A DNA stretch of 64,000 nt from an uncultured Rickettsiales bacterium (GCA_964435165.1 CAYSXY010000009.1:382-64381); one strand, 5' to 3'; positions 38,418-48,317 are shown, counted from the stretch's first letter. Program-made: numbers and translations. The notes: generated by a model from the letters alone, not told the origin.

Positions 38418-39532
38418 CACACTCTTCCACCATCCTATGTATTGCATCTGATATTGGTGGCGCCCGTGCTATCGCTCCGGTAATTCCACGTATTGCTGAT
38501 TTGGGGATGCAGCCTGTTGTTGCGGTTCATGGCCCGCTTGCCGATGAAGCAGATACGACAGCAAAACGGCTGGTGATTGACGCATTGTCAGATAAAGCCG
38601 CATGGACAAACTTTTTGCAATCGCGCCGGGTTGATATGGTGCTGTTTGGCAGTGGCGTTGCAGATCGGTTACCCGTGCAGGTGGCAAAGTGGGCACAAGA
38701 GACCGGCATCCCTACGTTGTTTCTGCTGGATAACTGGATGAATTACCGCAGGCGCATGCAATTGCCGGATGGAACCGAACATATACCGGATATTTATGCC
38801 GTGATGGATCAACTCGCCTATGACGAGGCAAAAGCCGACGGTATTCGCGCCGCCAGCCTTCAGATTACCGGGCAGCCCGCGCTTGCCTCGCTTCAGGAAG
38901 TATTTGATCACTGCCAGCCTTTAAAGAGGCGTGGATTAGAACGGCAGCGACCGATCATCACCTTTATTGCCGAACCGGCAGCGGATGATCAGGGCCGTGA
39001 TGCCTCATCGCCTACTTTTCGCGGTTATACGGAATATACGGTTTTGTCCGCATTAGGATCCGCTCTATCGCGACTAGATAGAACAGTCACGCTGCGCATC
39101 GCGCCGCATCCGCGCCAGGATATCAATGACCTGCATCAGTTTTGTCAGCAAAACCTGCAGGATATCTTATGGGAATTAACCGCTGAAGGAGAAAATGGAA
39201 GAGAGGCAGTGCTGCATGGCGATGTTACGGTCGGTATGGCGTCAATTCTACTCTATGAAAGCTGGCTCTTTCACATACCTACCTTAAGTCTGCAGCCTAA
39301 TCTCTGCCAGCCTCATTTGGCGACGTTAGGTAAAAGACCTGGCCTACGCCTGGTGACCAGCGATGCGCTTGAGGCTGCCGAACAGACCACCGAGTGGCTC
39401 AACGAATCACTAACATCACCACGCTCCAACACACCGAGATCGGAGTTACAAACGCATGCAGAGGCCGGTGATGCCATTGCCAGGCTAATCGCACGTCATC
39501 TCGAGCGCGCCACCCGGTCGGCCTGTGCCTAA
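38414..39532 (+). CDS. Uncharacterised GT-B-fold protein (candidate CMP-nonulosonate or phospho-transferase)
   Basis: D.GGA, LDNW.NY..R, ITGQP, PHPR and VGMAS.LL.ES..F.IP.LS motifs resembling HP / S..L.E motifs of GT-B sialyl- and TagF-like transferases. Confidence 0.5.
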   Translation: MTHSSTILCIASDIGGARAIAPVIPRIADLGMQPVVAVHGPLADEADTTAKRLVIDALSDKAAWTNFLQSRRVDMVLFGSGVADRLPVQVAKWAQETGIPTLFLLDNWMNYRRRMQLPDGTEHIPDIYAVMDQLAYDEAKADGIRAASLQITGQPALASLQEVFDHCQPLKRRGLERQRPIITFIAEPAADDQGRDASSPTFRGYTEYTVLSALGSALSRLDRTVTLRIAPHPRQDINDLHQFCQQNLQDILWELTAEGENGREAVLHGDVTVGMASILLYESWLFHIPTLSLQPNLCQPHLATLGKRPGLRLVTSDALEAAEQTTEWLNESLTSPRSNTPRSELQTHAEAGDAIARLIARHLERATRSACA

Positions 39533-39539
39533 GGGTGAT

Positions 39540-40301
39540 TTAATCGTCAAACATGAATTGTATGTCATCGTCCTTCAGCATATCCAGTGCTTCGCCATAG
39601 ATTTGATCAACCGTTGAATGACGCTCCATCACCTGCTTTCCACGATGACGCATGGTATTGAGCTTAAACATCGACATATGTTGTGTATAGGCAAGCTCCA
39701 CCGCCCTGCTTTCGCGCAATTTTGCCAGTGCCGATTCATCAAGCTGCTTCAATTTTTGAATATTCGTTTTCCACAAATATGGCGTACCGGTGCTGTCATA
39801 GCGGCGGAAGTCATCCAGCAATTCATATTCCTGAAGTTGTTCAAATGCCTCTTCATATTGCTGGGAGGAGACATATAATGCGGTGAGGTAATCGCGAGTT
39901 TTCACCAGCACCTCACTCAGTTCCCGATCTTCTGTGAATAACGGAATGCCATGATGTGTTGATACGCGACGACTATCCGTATTGATGGCGAGCACACACC
40001 CATCCTGGCCATGCTTGACCGCTTTGAAGGGATAAAAACGAATCGCAGTGGGAATATAATGTGCCTGCCAGGCACCTTTGGTATCGATATAGCAATTGTC
40101 ATGTGGAACGGGTGAAAAACTCGCTGCCAAACACACCGTGCCAAAATAATTCATGAAAAAAAGCGGATATTCACGGGCCGCCCATAGATATTCGGCCGCC
40201 ATAATCGGCACCACATCGCAACTGGTAAAGTCGCCATAATGGGTAAGAGGGCTGACTTTTAAGTCCGCATGCAGTTGATAATTTATAGCTTCCAGCGGCA
40301 T
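39540..40301 (-). CDS. SapC family protein (copy 2)
   Basis: H..LK…..YG.F…..VPI…E…AAREYPLFF…N.YID..G.W…YIP.AIR.YPF; ATG 40301 is 4 nt after the maf stop. Confidence 0.78.
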   Translation of the reverse strand: MPLEAINYQLHADLKVSPLTHYGDFTSCDVVPIMAAEYLWAAREYPLFFMNYFGTVCLAASFSPVPHDNCYIDTKGAWQAHYIPTAIRFYPFKAVKHGQDGCVLAINTDSRRVSTHHGIPLFTEDRELSEVLVKTRDYLTALYVSSQQYEEAFEQLQEYELLDDFRRYDSTGTPYLWKTNIQKLKQLDESALAKLRESRAVELAYTQHMSMFKLNTMRHRGKQVMERHSTVDQIYGEALDMLKDDDIQFMFDD

Positions 40302-40305
40302 AAAA

Positions 40306-42333
40306 TTACGCAGCCAGTGGCTGCTTTTCCTCCAGATATTCTTCGAGCGCCAGACGCTCGGCCTCGTGTTGTTTCTCGAGCTCCTGCACACGTTGCTCTA
40401 CTGTCTCGGCATATTCAGTATCCGGCTCGTAGGCTTCTAAATCATCTAACAATGCATGCAGATCGTCTCGCAACTGATCCAGTTTGGCATGGAATTCTTC
40501 GCGAAAGATATGAGCCACTGCCTGCTTTTCATCCTCCGTATAGGCCCGGTTCATCATGAACTCAATGAAATAGGCCATGCCGACAATACTGCCGCGCAAC
40601 ATCATTTGCACCGGATGGCAAGCCTTGCCAAATGACATCAATTTCATCAATGGAACGACATAGTCTTTACGAATCAGTGTTTCTTCTGTGCTGGTAATGC
40701 GCTTTATCGAATCGAGAAACTTGTCACCCTGCATGCGAAATTTTGTTGCATCAAAGCGTGTTTTTGCCTGTTGGGCTGTATAATCATTAAAATGCTCGCG
40801 CACTTCGGCAAGCGCCTCATCCTTGTTCCATCCATGATCAATCGTGACCGTCTCCGGCAGTTTGGGGATAAAACCGTCAATAAAGGCTCCGTCACTACAG
40901 TTAAAATAATGCGGGTTTTTATGATTGTGGTTGATATGCGCCATGGCATATTGCGTCCAGGAAAATACCGGGGTCGAATGACAGGTGCCACCAAAATTAC
41001 CAGGCAATTGCACCGTGTATTTCACTTCTTTTTTGAATTTATCGTCGCGGTAATAGACGGTTTGTTTGGCGTGATGCACTTCCGGATCCATCGAGCCGCA
41101 ATCCACCCCAAAAAGATAGAGATTGGTGAATCCATAATGCATGGCAAAGGCCACCGCCGTATTTGTCACCGTCGGATCGCACCCGTTCAACACATCATTA
41201 CGGCCATGGGCAAACGCAATGTAGGTGTTCAAGCCCGGACGGAAGAAATAAATTCCTTCCTTAAAGAGGTCCATCAAACCGGGATAGGATGTGGCACTGG
41301 CCACCAGCGGCACATCGTGCAATGCATACGTGCTGACCAGCTTCTGATAGACATCAATCAATTCCTTACCGCGTTCCAGCAGCACCACGAAATCCGGTTT
41401 AATGCCGTTCGCCATTAACGGTTCCGCCGCCGTTCCTGCGGCGAGAATAATCGCCTTATCCTGATATTGCTTTATGGTTGGCAACGCCCGGTCGAGTGAC
41501 GGGCCAGACCCCACCACAAAGACGGGAAAATGGCGCGGCTTCGGGCTATAATTGACGGTTTTCGCATCACCGCGAATCAGGTTGGTATAGGTATTACGCA
41601 GATGTTCGACTTCATCGTCGAAAAATCCAACGCCTGCTATCATCGACGAGAAATCACGGCATAATTTAGACCATAGCTGGCTATAGGCTTCGCTGGCAAT
41701 GTCGAAATAGCATATCGCCTTATCGATGGAAACCAGGCTCATTTTCCATATTTTTTCGCGCATTGAAGAGAATAGCAACGTCTCATCATTGGCGATAATG
41801 ATTGAAATGGCGCCGCCGCGCGATTCCACTTCCTCGAACAATTCCTGCCAGTCAATGAGCTGGCTGGCATGGAACAGAAAATCCGGATTATTCTCCATGA
41901 TCAGCATGTGGCGACACCGGCTTTCCTGCGCCAGTGGCATCAAATGGTAACCACTGCCGATACCAAAGACGGCAACGATGTAGGCATCATTATTGCCGGA
42001 CACGGATTCCTGAGTTTTATTCTCAAAATGATCGCTGATGCGCTTGGATGATCGCTTGTAAAACTGCGAGCAGACCCTGTCCCCGACCAGATCTCGCATG
42101 ATGGTCAGGCGTTTTTGATTCTGCCAGTAATAGGCTAGACGCTCCTCATTATACTGCGCCGCCCCACCGCGATAGAGCCATTTGCCTTCGCGTTCGCGGA
42201 TATTGACATGCCCCGCCGGGTCAATGCCCACCTGACTGAGAGGGCGTGATGCCACAAGCTGCTGATAAATCGACGGGTGATGTTCTTCGAAATAAGCCAG
42301 ATTCTTATCGAATAATTCCTGATTATGCATCAT
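40306..42333 (-). CDS. Motility-accessory-factor (Maf/DUF115) nonulosonate glycosyltransferase
   Basis: LF.KNL.YF, FGIGSGYHL, GFFDDE, VGSGPSLD, GIKPDF…LER, PTVTN.A, YLFGVD.G, HH…TVY, NCSDGA.I.G. Confidence 0.88.
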   Translation of the reverse strand: MMHNQELFDKNLAYFEEHHPSIYQQLVASRPLSQVGIDPAGHVNIREREGKWLYRGGAAQYNEERLAYYWQNQKRLTIMRDLVGDRVCSQFYKRSSKRISDHFENKTQESVSGNNDAYIVAVFGIGSGYHLMPLAQESRCRHMLIMENNPDFLFHASQLIDWQELFEEVESRGGAISIIIANDETLLFSSMREKIWKMSLVSIDKAICYFDIASEAYSQLWSKLCRDFSSMIAGVGFFDDEVEHLRNTYTNLIRGDAKTVNYSPKPRHFPVFVVGSGPSLDRALPTIKQYQDKAIILAAGTAAEPLMANGIKPDFVVLLERGKELIDVYQKLVSTYALHDVPLVASATSYPGLMDLFKEGIYFFRPGLNTYIAFAHGRNDVLNGCDPTVTNTAVAFAMHYGFTNLYLFGVDCGSMDPEVHHAKQTVYYRDDKFKKEVKYTVQLPGNFGGTCHSTPVFSWTQYAMAHINHNHKNPHYFNCSDGAFIDGFIPKLPETVTIDHGWNKDEALAEVREHFNDYTAQQAKTRFDATKFRMQGDKFLDSIKRITSTEETLIRKDYVVPLMKLMSFGKACHPVQMMLRGSIVGMAYFIEFMMNRAYTEDEKQAVAHIFREEFHAKLDQLRDDLHALLDDLEAYEPDTEYAETVEQRVQELEKQHEAERLALEEYLEEKQPLAA

Positions 42334-42410
42334 TGGTACCGTATTTTCTCGCGATTATTATGCTTATTTTCAACTACACAATAGCCGGAATGGATGGCAA
42401 AGGGAATAGA

Positions 42411-44360
42411 TCACGCTACTTTAACATCTTCACATAAATTGTAGCGCTGAAGCATACCCATGACGCGGCCCAAATCAAAATCTTGTTCCGGCGCAGGACA
42501 GTCGAGCGCGGCATAAAATGGCTCAAGTGCGCTCCCAGGATCTTCCAACAGCAATCTGCCATCAATCTCAACCGCACGCGCGCCCACATGTTGCTTCAGA
42601 CGCTTGAATGCCTGCTTATTGAGGTTGATCATCGAGGTCAGCGCGTTTTCATCCGTCGCATAATCCATCCATTGTGCATAGCGATGATAGTCAGCATAAC
42701 GATGTCGCCGGGCAAGCACGGCATCATCTATGGTGATGTATACAAACAGCGCGTCCGGGAACAGGGTATCCAGCAAGAACCCATGCAAAAAGTTATCCCA
42801 TGACACATCAAGCATCGCTTCCGGCAACTCAGTGGTTCGATATCTAAACGACGTATAAAACCAGGAATGGCGAATCATCCGTGCGGTTGTCGCATCCAGC
42901 TCAGCAAGGCATTGCGGGTAGGAGTGCGGACTTTTTAACGCCTTGGGAATGCGGTGGACACATTCATTGGCCAAATTACTCGCGCCGTCACTCTTGATGC
43001 GCTCATCCTGAAGCAATAATTGCTCTAAATAATCGCTACCGGCCTGGGGCAATGACATGACAAACGCTCGCCGTATATGTGACTTATATTCATCTGCCTC
43101 TACCGCAAGCGGGGCGTCAAGATGCTTAGTGATATATTCGCAATGTTGAACAATGCGATTAGGTGCATAGACCTGTTTCTGCCGTGCAATGGTTTTATAT
43201 GATGATAGCAGTGCGGCCCGATCTTCAAAACCAATACGCAGCAAGTACCGCGCGGCCAGCATACGGGCCCGAACCGGCGAACATGGATCGTCAGTCAACT
43301 GCCGCAGTATCGCTTTATCGGCCTGCTCTATCCCCAGGGCTGCGGCAAGCACATAGGCCATGGCCGAATAGTCAGAGCATTGACGAATAATATCGGATGC
43401 CTCCTCATCACGCGCCTGAGATAATAAAAACCATATTAATTGCTCTGACGTTTCTAACTGCTGCGGGTGAAGACAGAGCACATTGCGCAAATCTGATTCA
43501 TACCAGACCTTATCTTTCTTATGCTGTTGAATAACGGCACGCGCCAGCAGCATGTATGGAGAATGCGGCGTAAATTTAGCCGTATCATCATAGATTTTCT
43601 GTGCTTCTACCAATTTGCCGGATTGCAACAGACGATTCACACCGAGATAAGTATGCAATTCCTTATTTTGGGCTGTCGGTTGCGCGATATCGAGAAAATA
43701 GTCTTCTAAAAATGCGCATTGCCTCGTGTCTATGGCATGCTGCACCAATGACCACATGTGGGACGGCAGCAATCTGTTTGGAGCGGCGGAAATAATCTCC
43801 CTAAGGTGTGATTGGCTTCGCTGCCTAACTGCCAGATATATCAACTGATAAATAATCGTCGTAGGCATGTTGGCCAATGTCGCCACATCCAGCGATTGCC
43901 ATAACCCTTCGGCAGTTTCATCCACGGCACTGATTTGATCATAGAGCAACTGTGACTGTGATATCGATATGTTGCGATCATCTTCATGCATCCGATCCTT
44001 GATATCAAAACGCTGCATTTGCACAGCAAGTGCCACCTCCATAGAATCCGGCAAACGCTGCATAGTGTCTATTTTGGCCAGTTGCTCGCGTACCGTTTCG
44101 GTAAAGGGCAGTGTATCCAACAATGCACACACCGTTCCAGTGTCGGTATCGGAAATAGACGAGCTATTGTTGATTAACGCACGCAGTAAGTGTTCATAGC
44201 TCAGAGTGTCATGCACCAATGCACCTGTATCTATCGCCATCAGGCCGGATGAAATATCCGGCTCGTTTATTATCTGCTCTTTCAGTTCTTTATGAAAGGC
44301 GCGGTAATTCCCGCCCTTGATGAGACTGACGATTTCTTGTTGAGAGGATGGTTGCTGCAT
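42411..44360 (-). CDS. Helical-repeat (TPR-like) protein with C-terminal sulfotransferase-like domain, degenerate
   Basis: FVMSLPQAGSDYLEQLL in place of FIVG.PRSGTTL.EQ.L; also …N.LH..LL..LFPDA.FV, YA.D…L and L.EDP…L segments. Confidence 0.55.
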   Translation of the reverse strand: MQQPSSQQEIVSLIKGGNYRAFHKELKEQIINEPDISSGLMAIDTGALVHDTLSYEHLLRALINNSSSISDTDTGTVCALLDTLPFTETVREQLAKIDTMQRLPDSMEVALAVQMQRFDIKDRMHEDDRNISISQSQLLYDQISAVDETAEGLWQSLDVATLANMPTTIIYQLIYLAVRQRSQSHLREIISAAPNRLLPSHMWSLVQHAIDTRQCAFLEDYFLDIAQPTAQNKELHTYLGVNRLLQSGKLVEAQKIYDDTAKFTPHSPYMLLARAVIQQHKKDKVWYESDLRNVLCLHPQQLETSEQLIWFLLSQARDEEASDIIRQCSDYSAMAYVLAAALGIEQADKAILRQLTDDPCSPVRARMLAARYLLRIGFEDRAALLSSYKTIARQKQVYAPNRIVQHCEYITKHLDAPLAVEADEYKSHIRRAFVMSLPQAGSDYLEQLLLQDERIKSDGASNLANECVHRIPKALKSPHSYPQCLAELDATTARMIRHSWFYTSFRYRTTELPEAMLDVSWDNFLHGFLLDTLFPDALFVYITIDDAVLARRHRYADYHRYAQWMDYATDENALTSMINLNKQAFKRLKQHVGARAVEIDGRLLLEDPGSALEPFYAALDCPAPEQDFDLGRVMGMLQRYNLCEDVKVA

Positions 44361-44411
44361 TGGCTCTTAAGATAAGAAGAATGATATTAAGGTTCTTTTT
44401 CTTTTACACAT

Positions 44412-44450
44412 AAAAAGAGGGGCTGCGCAAGCGCAGCCCCTCTCGTTTTT
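44412..44450. terminator. Strong intrinsic terminator after the RTX/S-layer-like gene
   Basis: Perfect inverted repeat AGAGGGGCTGCGC (44416-44428)/GCGCAGCCCCTCT (44431-44443) with A and T runs on the flanks. Confidence 0.88.
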
Positions 44451-44465
44451 TAAGGTATACGGATA

Positions 44466-47400
44466 TTATGATGCGAAGAAGAAAATATCCGTGTTTTGGA
44501 AGTCAAAGTCACCAACATTGATCAGGTTCACTTCCGCCAGTGCGCCGTCAGAGAACGCATTATTAGCGGTGTTTACACCTGAGAAGTTAGCAATCGCGAG
44601 GTAATACTCATTGTTGTAGAACAATTTAGCAAGTGCCACCACCTGACCACCGGTGTTACCGTTACCCATACCACCCGTTTGCAGTACACCATAACCACTG
44701 GCTGCGGTTGCATTCAGTGCCAGTACAAAGGCAGATACTGCCTGGCTTAAGGTGGATGAAGAGAACTGACGCAGAGCACCCGTAAATTGGACGCCTGTTC
44801 CAGCACCGGAGTAACCATTGAAACCCATGCTCGAACCTGCACCGACATCTGTCATCAGAACGTTCAAATCCTGACTGAAGGCAGCAGCAGTGAACAGCGC
44901 ACTCCAAAGGCCGGTACGAGACAGCACGATGCGGTCATCACCACTGTCCTGGAAGTCGGTAATACGATCAACCTGTGAGGCAACGTAGGTGTTTGAGTGA
45001 CCAAAGTCAGCCGATGCGCTGAACTTATAGTCATCATTACCCGTACCACCGGTCATCGTGTCTGTTCCAGCACCGCCGAGCAAGGTGTCATTACCTTGTC
45101 CACCGACCATGGAGTCAGTACCAGCACCAGCGACAATACTGTCGTTGAAACTCGAACCCGTGAAGGTGTCATTACCGGTATTATCGACGATGACAACACT
45201 ATCACCTGCTTCAAGATCCGACGTGTTGAAGTTGGACAGGTCAATGGTTTCATCCGCCACATTGGATTCGAAAAAGAACACACTATTATGTGCCGCACTC
45301 TCGGACAATGTGATGGACTGGCCAGTGACATCTGCACCGTCAATCCTCACGGTTGCACCGCCAGTGGTACGAATCACCTCGATATTCGAGATGGTACCGT
45401 CGGAGATGTCGAAGCTACCACTAGCTGCCAGGGTATCCGTACCCGTGCCACCATTGATCACCTCGGCTTCCGCGGCAGCAACGTCACCTCCCTGCAGGCT
45501 GATGATATCGTTACCACCACCGGCGAGCACGCTATCAACGCCATCATCGGTAAAGATGGTGTCATTACCGGAGCCACCAACAAAGGTATCGTTGAGATCG
45601 CCGCCATCAGCGGTCAGTTGAATATTGACCGTTGCATTAGCTGCCTGCACATTGATGGTTGAGCTATCCGCCTGATCGATCTGCAGCGCACGACTGTTAT
45701 CGGTTTGGTAGCCGCCCGTTACGGTAATCACAGCTGCTCCGGCGGCTGCTGCGTTTACAACCGTTTCAAAGCTGTTTACGCGAGAGCCGTCCAGCACCAG
45801 CGTGTTGCTGAGCGTACCTGTCAAAGTATCACCTGCAGCCGTGCTACTTTCACCACCAATCAGCGTGTCGCTGGCGTCAGTTGTGGCGTTGTAGGTGTAC
45901 TCATCGTTGTTGCCACCACCGTAGAAGTAGTCTGCGCCAGCACCACCGTTAGCGGAATCCTGACCAGCACCACCGACAACACTCACTGCATTATTCAACG
46001 CATCGGCGTTCACTACCATATGCGCACTAACACTCGTAAGCGCCGATGCATCGACGACAATCGTACCCGTTACGTCGGTCGTGTTATCATCATAGGTGGC
46101 GCCGAAGGTCATGGTTGTGGTTCCGGTTGCAGCCGAGCCAATGACAAAATGCTCAACACCCGCGATGTCACCGGCATTGCCCGTACCATCAAGCTCCGTA
46201 CCACCCGTCAGGTCAGCAATGATACCTGTTAAAGTATCGACGCCGGCACCACCTGACACGATATCCGCACCGTCAGTGAAGCCCTGAATCAGGTCGGAGC
46301 CGTCACCAGCAACAATGCTATCGCCAGCATCGCCACCGGAGAGCGTGTCGCCACCATCACCACCAACAAGGGTGTCTGCACCTGCGCCACCGGACAGAGA
46401 ATCATTACCATTGTTACCAATCAGGTAATCCGTCTCTGCGCCACCGGACATGGTGTCGCCGCCATCACCCGAGACCAGAAGGTCACGGCCCGTACCGCCC
46501 GAAAGGGTCGTGCCGGTTGTGGAGTTATTAAGCGCAAGGATGGATGTCGCAGAATCTGCGGAGTTTGTGATCGTTGCCTCGATCGCACCGAGGAATCCAT
46601 TAAGTGCTATGATATCCGAGGTTGGCTGAAACTCAACAGCAATGTTTGAGGTTCCCATGCCGGTCACCTCAAGCGTCACCGCATCATCCGTCGCGCCAGC
46701 ACCCTGCAGCGTTACGTTCAACGTATCAGTGCCCGTACTCAGGTCGTTTATCACGATTTCATCGCTGCCCGTTTTGTCCAGGACAACGTTGAAAGTGTCA
46801 TTACCCGCACCACCAGCGAGTGTTTCACCATCGCTTGTGGTCGTGCGATCACCATCCGAATTCGAGATCGCACCGCTAACGATACTGAATACATCGTCAC
46901 CCTCTTCACCGCTCAGCAAGTCATTGTCGCTGTCGGCACCACCGGTAAGGGTATCATTACCCGTACCGCCATAGAGTGAGTCAACGCTATCACCACCGGA
47001 AATCGAGTCATTACCGTCATTACCGTAGATGATTTTGTTGCCTGCACCGGCACCATTAATGGTATCAGCACCCAATCCGGCAAATACAGTATCAGCACCG
47101 TCACCGGTTGTGATGGTATCGTTACCAGAGTTTGAGTAAATCAGGTCGTCACCCGCACCGGCTGTGATCGTGTCAGCACCATCAGTCGCATCAACCGAGT
47201 CATTACCGCCGATGATCGTATCATTACCAGCACCCGTATCGATGATGTCATCACCACTGTTCCCGTAAATCAAATCTGCTTCGTCGCCGGAAGTAACAGA
47301 GTCGTTACCCGCACCTGCGAAGATGGTATCTTTGCCAGTTGTTGACGAAATGGTGTCGTTACCAGCATTACCATAAACAAGATTCGCACCGGCACCAGCC

Positions 47401-48317
47401 GTGATGCGATCCGCTTCATCCGTAGCATCCGCAACCGCGTTACCACCAAAGATCGTATCATTGCCCGCACCCGCAGTGATCGTATCAGCGCCGGAGTTAC
47501 CGTAGAGCAGGTTGTTATCCGCCGATGCATTGACCGTATCATTGCCAAGACCAGCAAAAATTGTGTCATTACCGCCGGTCGAAACGATGGTATCATTACC
47601 GGAGTTACCATAAACGAGGTCTGCACCCGCACCTGACAGAATGCTGTCCGATCCGTCCAGCGAATCAGCCGTCGAGTTACCACCAATAATGGTGTCGTTT
47701 CCAGCACCGCCAATAATGGTGTCATCACCCGAGTTACCCCAAAGCTGAGCCGTACCTTCACTGGCAGCAGATTCGTTATTCATCGAATCGTTACCCAAAC
47801 CACCGAAGACGGTTGCTACTTCACCGCTCGTATCAGCATCAACATTGATGATGTCATTTCCTGCGTTACCGTAGACGAGATCAGCACCGGTGCCGGCGTC
47901 GATTACATCGCCCGTATCGACGGAGTCAGATACGCCCGTACCACCAAAAATAATATCATTGCCGCTGCCGGTGGAAATATTGTCGCCACCACCAAGGCCG
48001 AGGACCTGATTGTTAGCCGTACTGGCACCGAGGTTGATCGTGTTACCAAGATCATCACCGGTTGTGCCCGCCACCGTATCACCAGCGTACAGACCGCTGC
48101 TAGTCGCCAGCGAAATATTGGCCGAAGCCAGTTGATTGAGTGTCAGCCCGGTAAAGGTCACCGCATCGGCGCCGACCGTGAAGGTCAGTGCACCATTTGC
48201 TTCGGTGACCGCCACCTGGCTAGCATTAACAGAAGAGCTGGAAATCGAGTCGCTTGCCGGATCAAACGCAATCGTCTGACCGTAGACATTCTCGAGAACA
48301 TAATTCGTATTAGCCAT
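44466..48317 (-). CDS. Large RTX (GGxGxD) Ca-binding T1SS substrate, probable S-layer/surface protein
   Basis: Dozens of GGxGND-type nonapeptides; no signal peptide; no Cys; G/D/T/S/A-rich; C-terminal DRITDF and …TDIFFFAS; strong GGT/AAC codon preference. Confidence 0.85.
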   Translation of the reverse strand: MANTNYVLENVYGQTIAFDPASDSISSSSVNASQVAVTEANGALTFTVGADAVTFTGLTLNQLASANISLATSSGLYAGDTVAGTTGDDLGNTINLGASTANNQVLGLGGGDNISTGSGNDIIFGGTGVSDSVDTGDVIDAGTGADLVYGNAGNDIINVDADTSGEVATVFGGLGNDSMNNESAASEGTAQLWGNSGDDTIIGGAGNDTIIGGNSTADSLDGSDSILSGAGADLVYGNSGNDTIVSTGGNDTIFAGLGNDTVNASADNNLLYGNSGADTITAGAGNDTIFGGNAVADATDEADRITAGAGANLVYGNAGNDTISSTTGKDTIFAGAGNDSVTSGDEADLIYGNSGDDIIDTGAGNDTIIGGNDSVDATDGADTITAGAGDDLIYSNSGNDTITTGDGADTVFAGLGADTINGAGAGNKIIYGNDGNDSISGGDSVDSLYGGTGNDTLTGGADSDNDLLSGEEGDDVFSIVSGAISNSDGDRTTTSDGETLAGGAGNDTFNVVLDKTGSDEIVINDLSTGTDTLNVTLQGAGATDDAVTLEVTGMGTSNIAVEFQPTSDIIALNGFLGAIEATITNSADSATSILALNNSTTGTTLSGGTGRDLLVSGDGGDTMSGGAETDYLIGNNGNDSLSGGAGADTLVGGDGGDTLSGGDAGDSIVAGDGSDLIQGFTDGADIVSGGAGVDTLTGIIADLTGGTELDGTGNAGDIAGVEHFVIGSAATGTTTMTFGATYDDNTTDVTGTIVVDASALTSVSAHMVVNADALNNAVSVVGGAGQDSANGGAGADYFYGGGNNDEYTYNATTDASDTLIGGESSTAAGDTLTGTLSNTLVLDGSRVNSFETVVNAAAAGAAVITVTGGYQTDNSRALQIDQADSSTINVQAANATVNIQLTADGGDLNDTFVGGSGNDTIFTDDGVDSVLAGGGNDIISLQGGDVAAAEAEVINGGTGTDTLAASGSFDISDGTISNIEVIRTTGGATVRIDGADVTGQSITLSESAAHNSVFFFESNVADETIDLSNFNTSDLEAGDSVVIVDNTGNDTFTGSSFNDSIVAGAGTDSMVGGQGNDTLLGGAGTDTMTGGTGNDDYKFSASADFGHSNTYVASQVDRITDFQDSGDDRIVLSRTGLWSALFTAAAFSQDLNVLMTDVGAGSSMGFNGYSGAGTGVQFTGALRQFSSSTLSQAVSAFVLALNATAASGYGVLQTGGMGNGNTGGQVVALAKLFYNNEYYLAIANFSGVNTANNAFSDGALAEVNLINVGDFDFQNTDIFFFAS

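Noticed and set aside
44997-46974. Long plus-strand ORFs opposite the RTX gene
   Set aside because: Antisense shadows of a strongly codon-biased repetitive gene; the same applies to most short ORFs overlapping called genes.
44466-48317. RTX cytotoxin or secreted enzyme
   Set aside because: No hydrophobic pore-forming domain, no HExxH or lipase motif, and no HlyC-type acyltransferase nearby.
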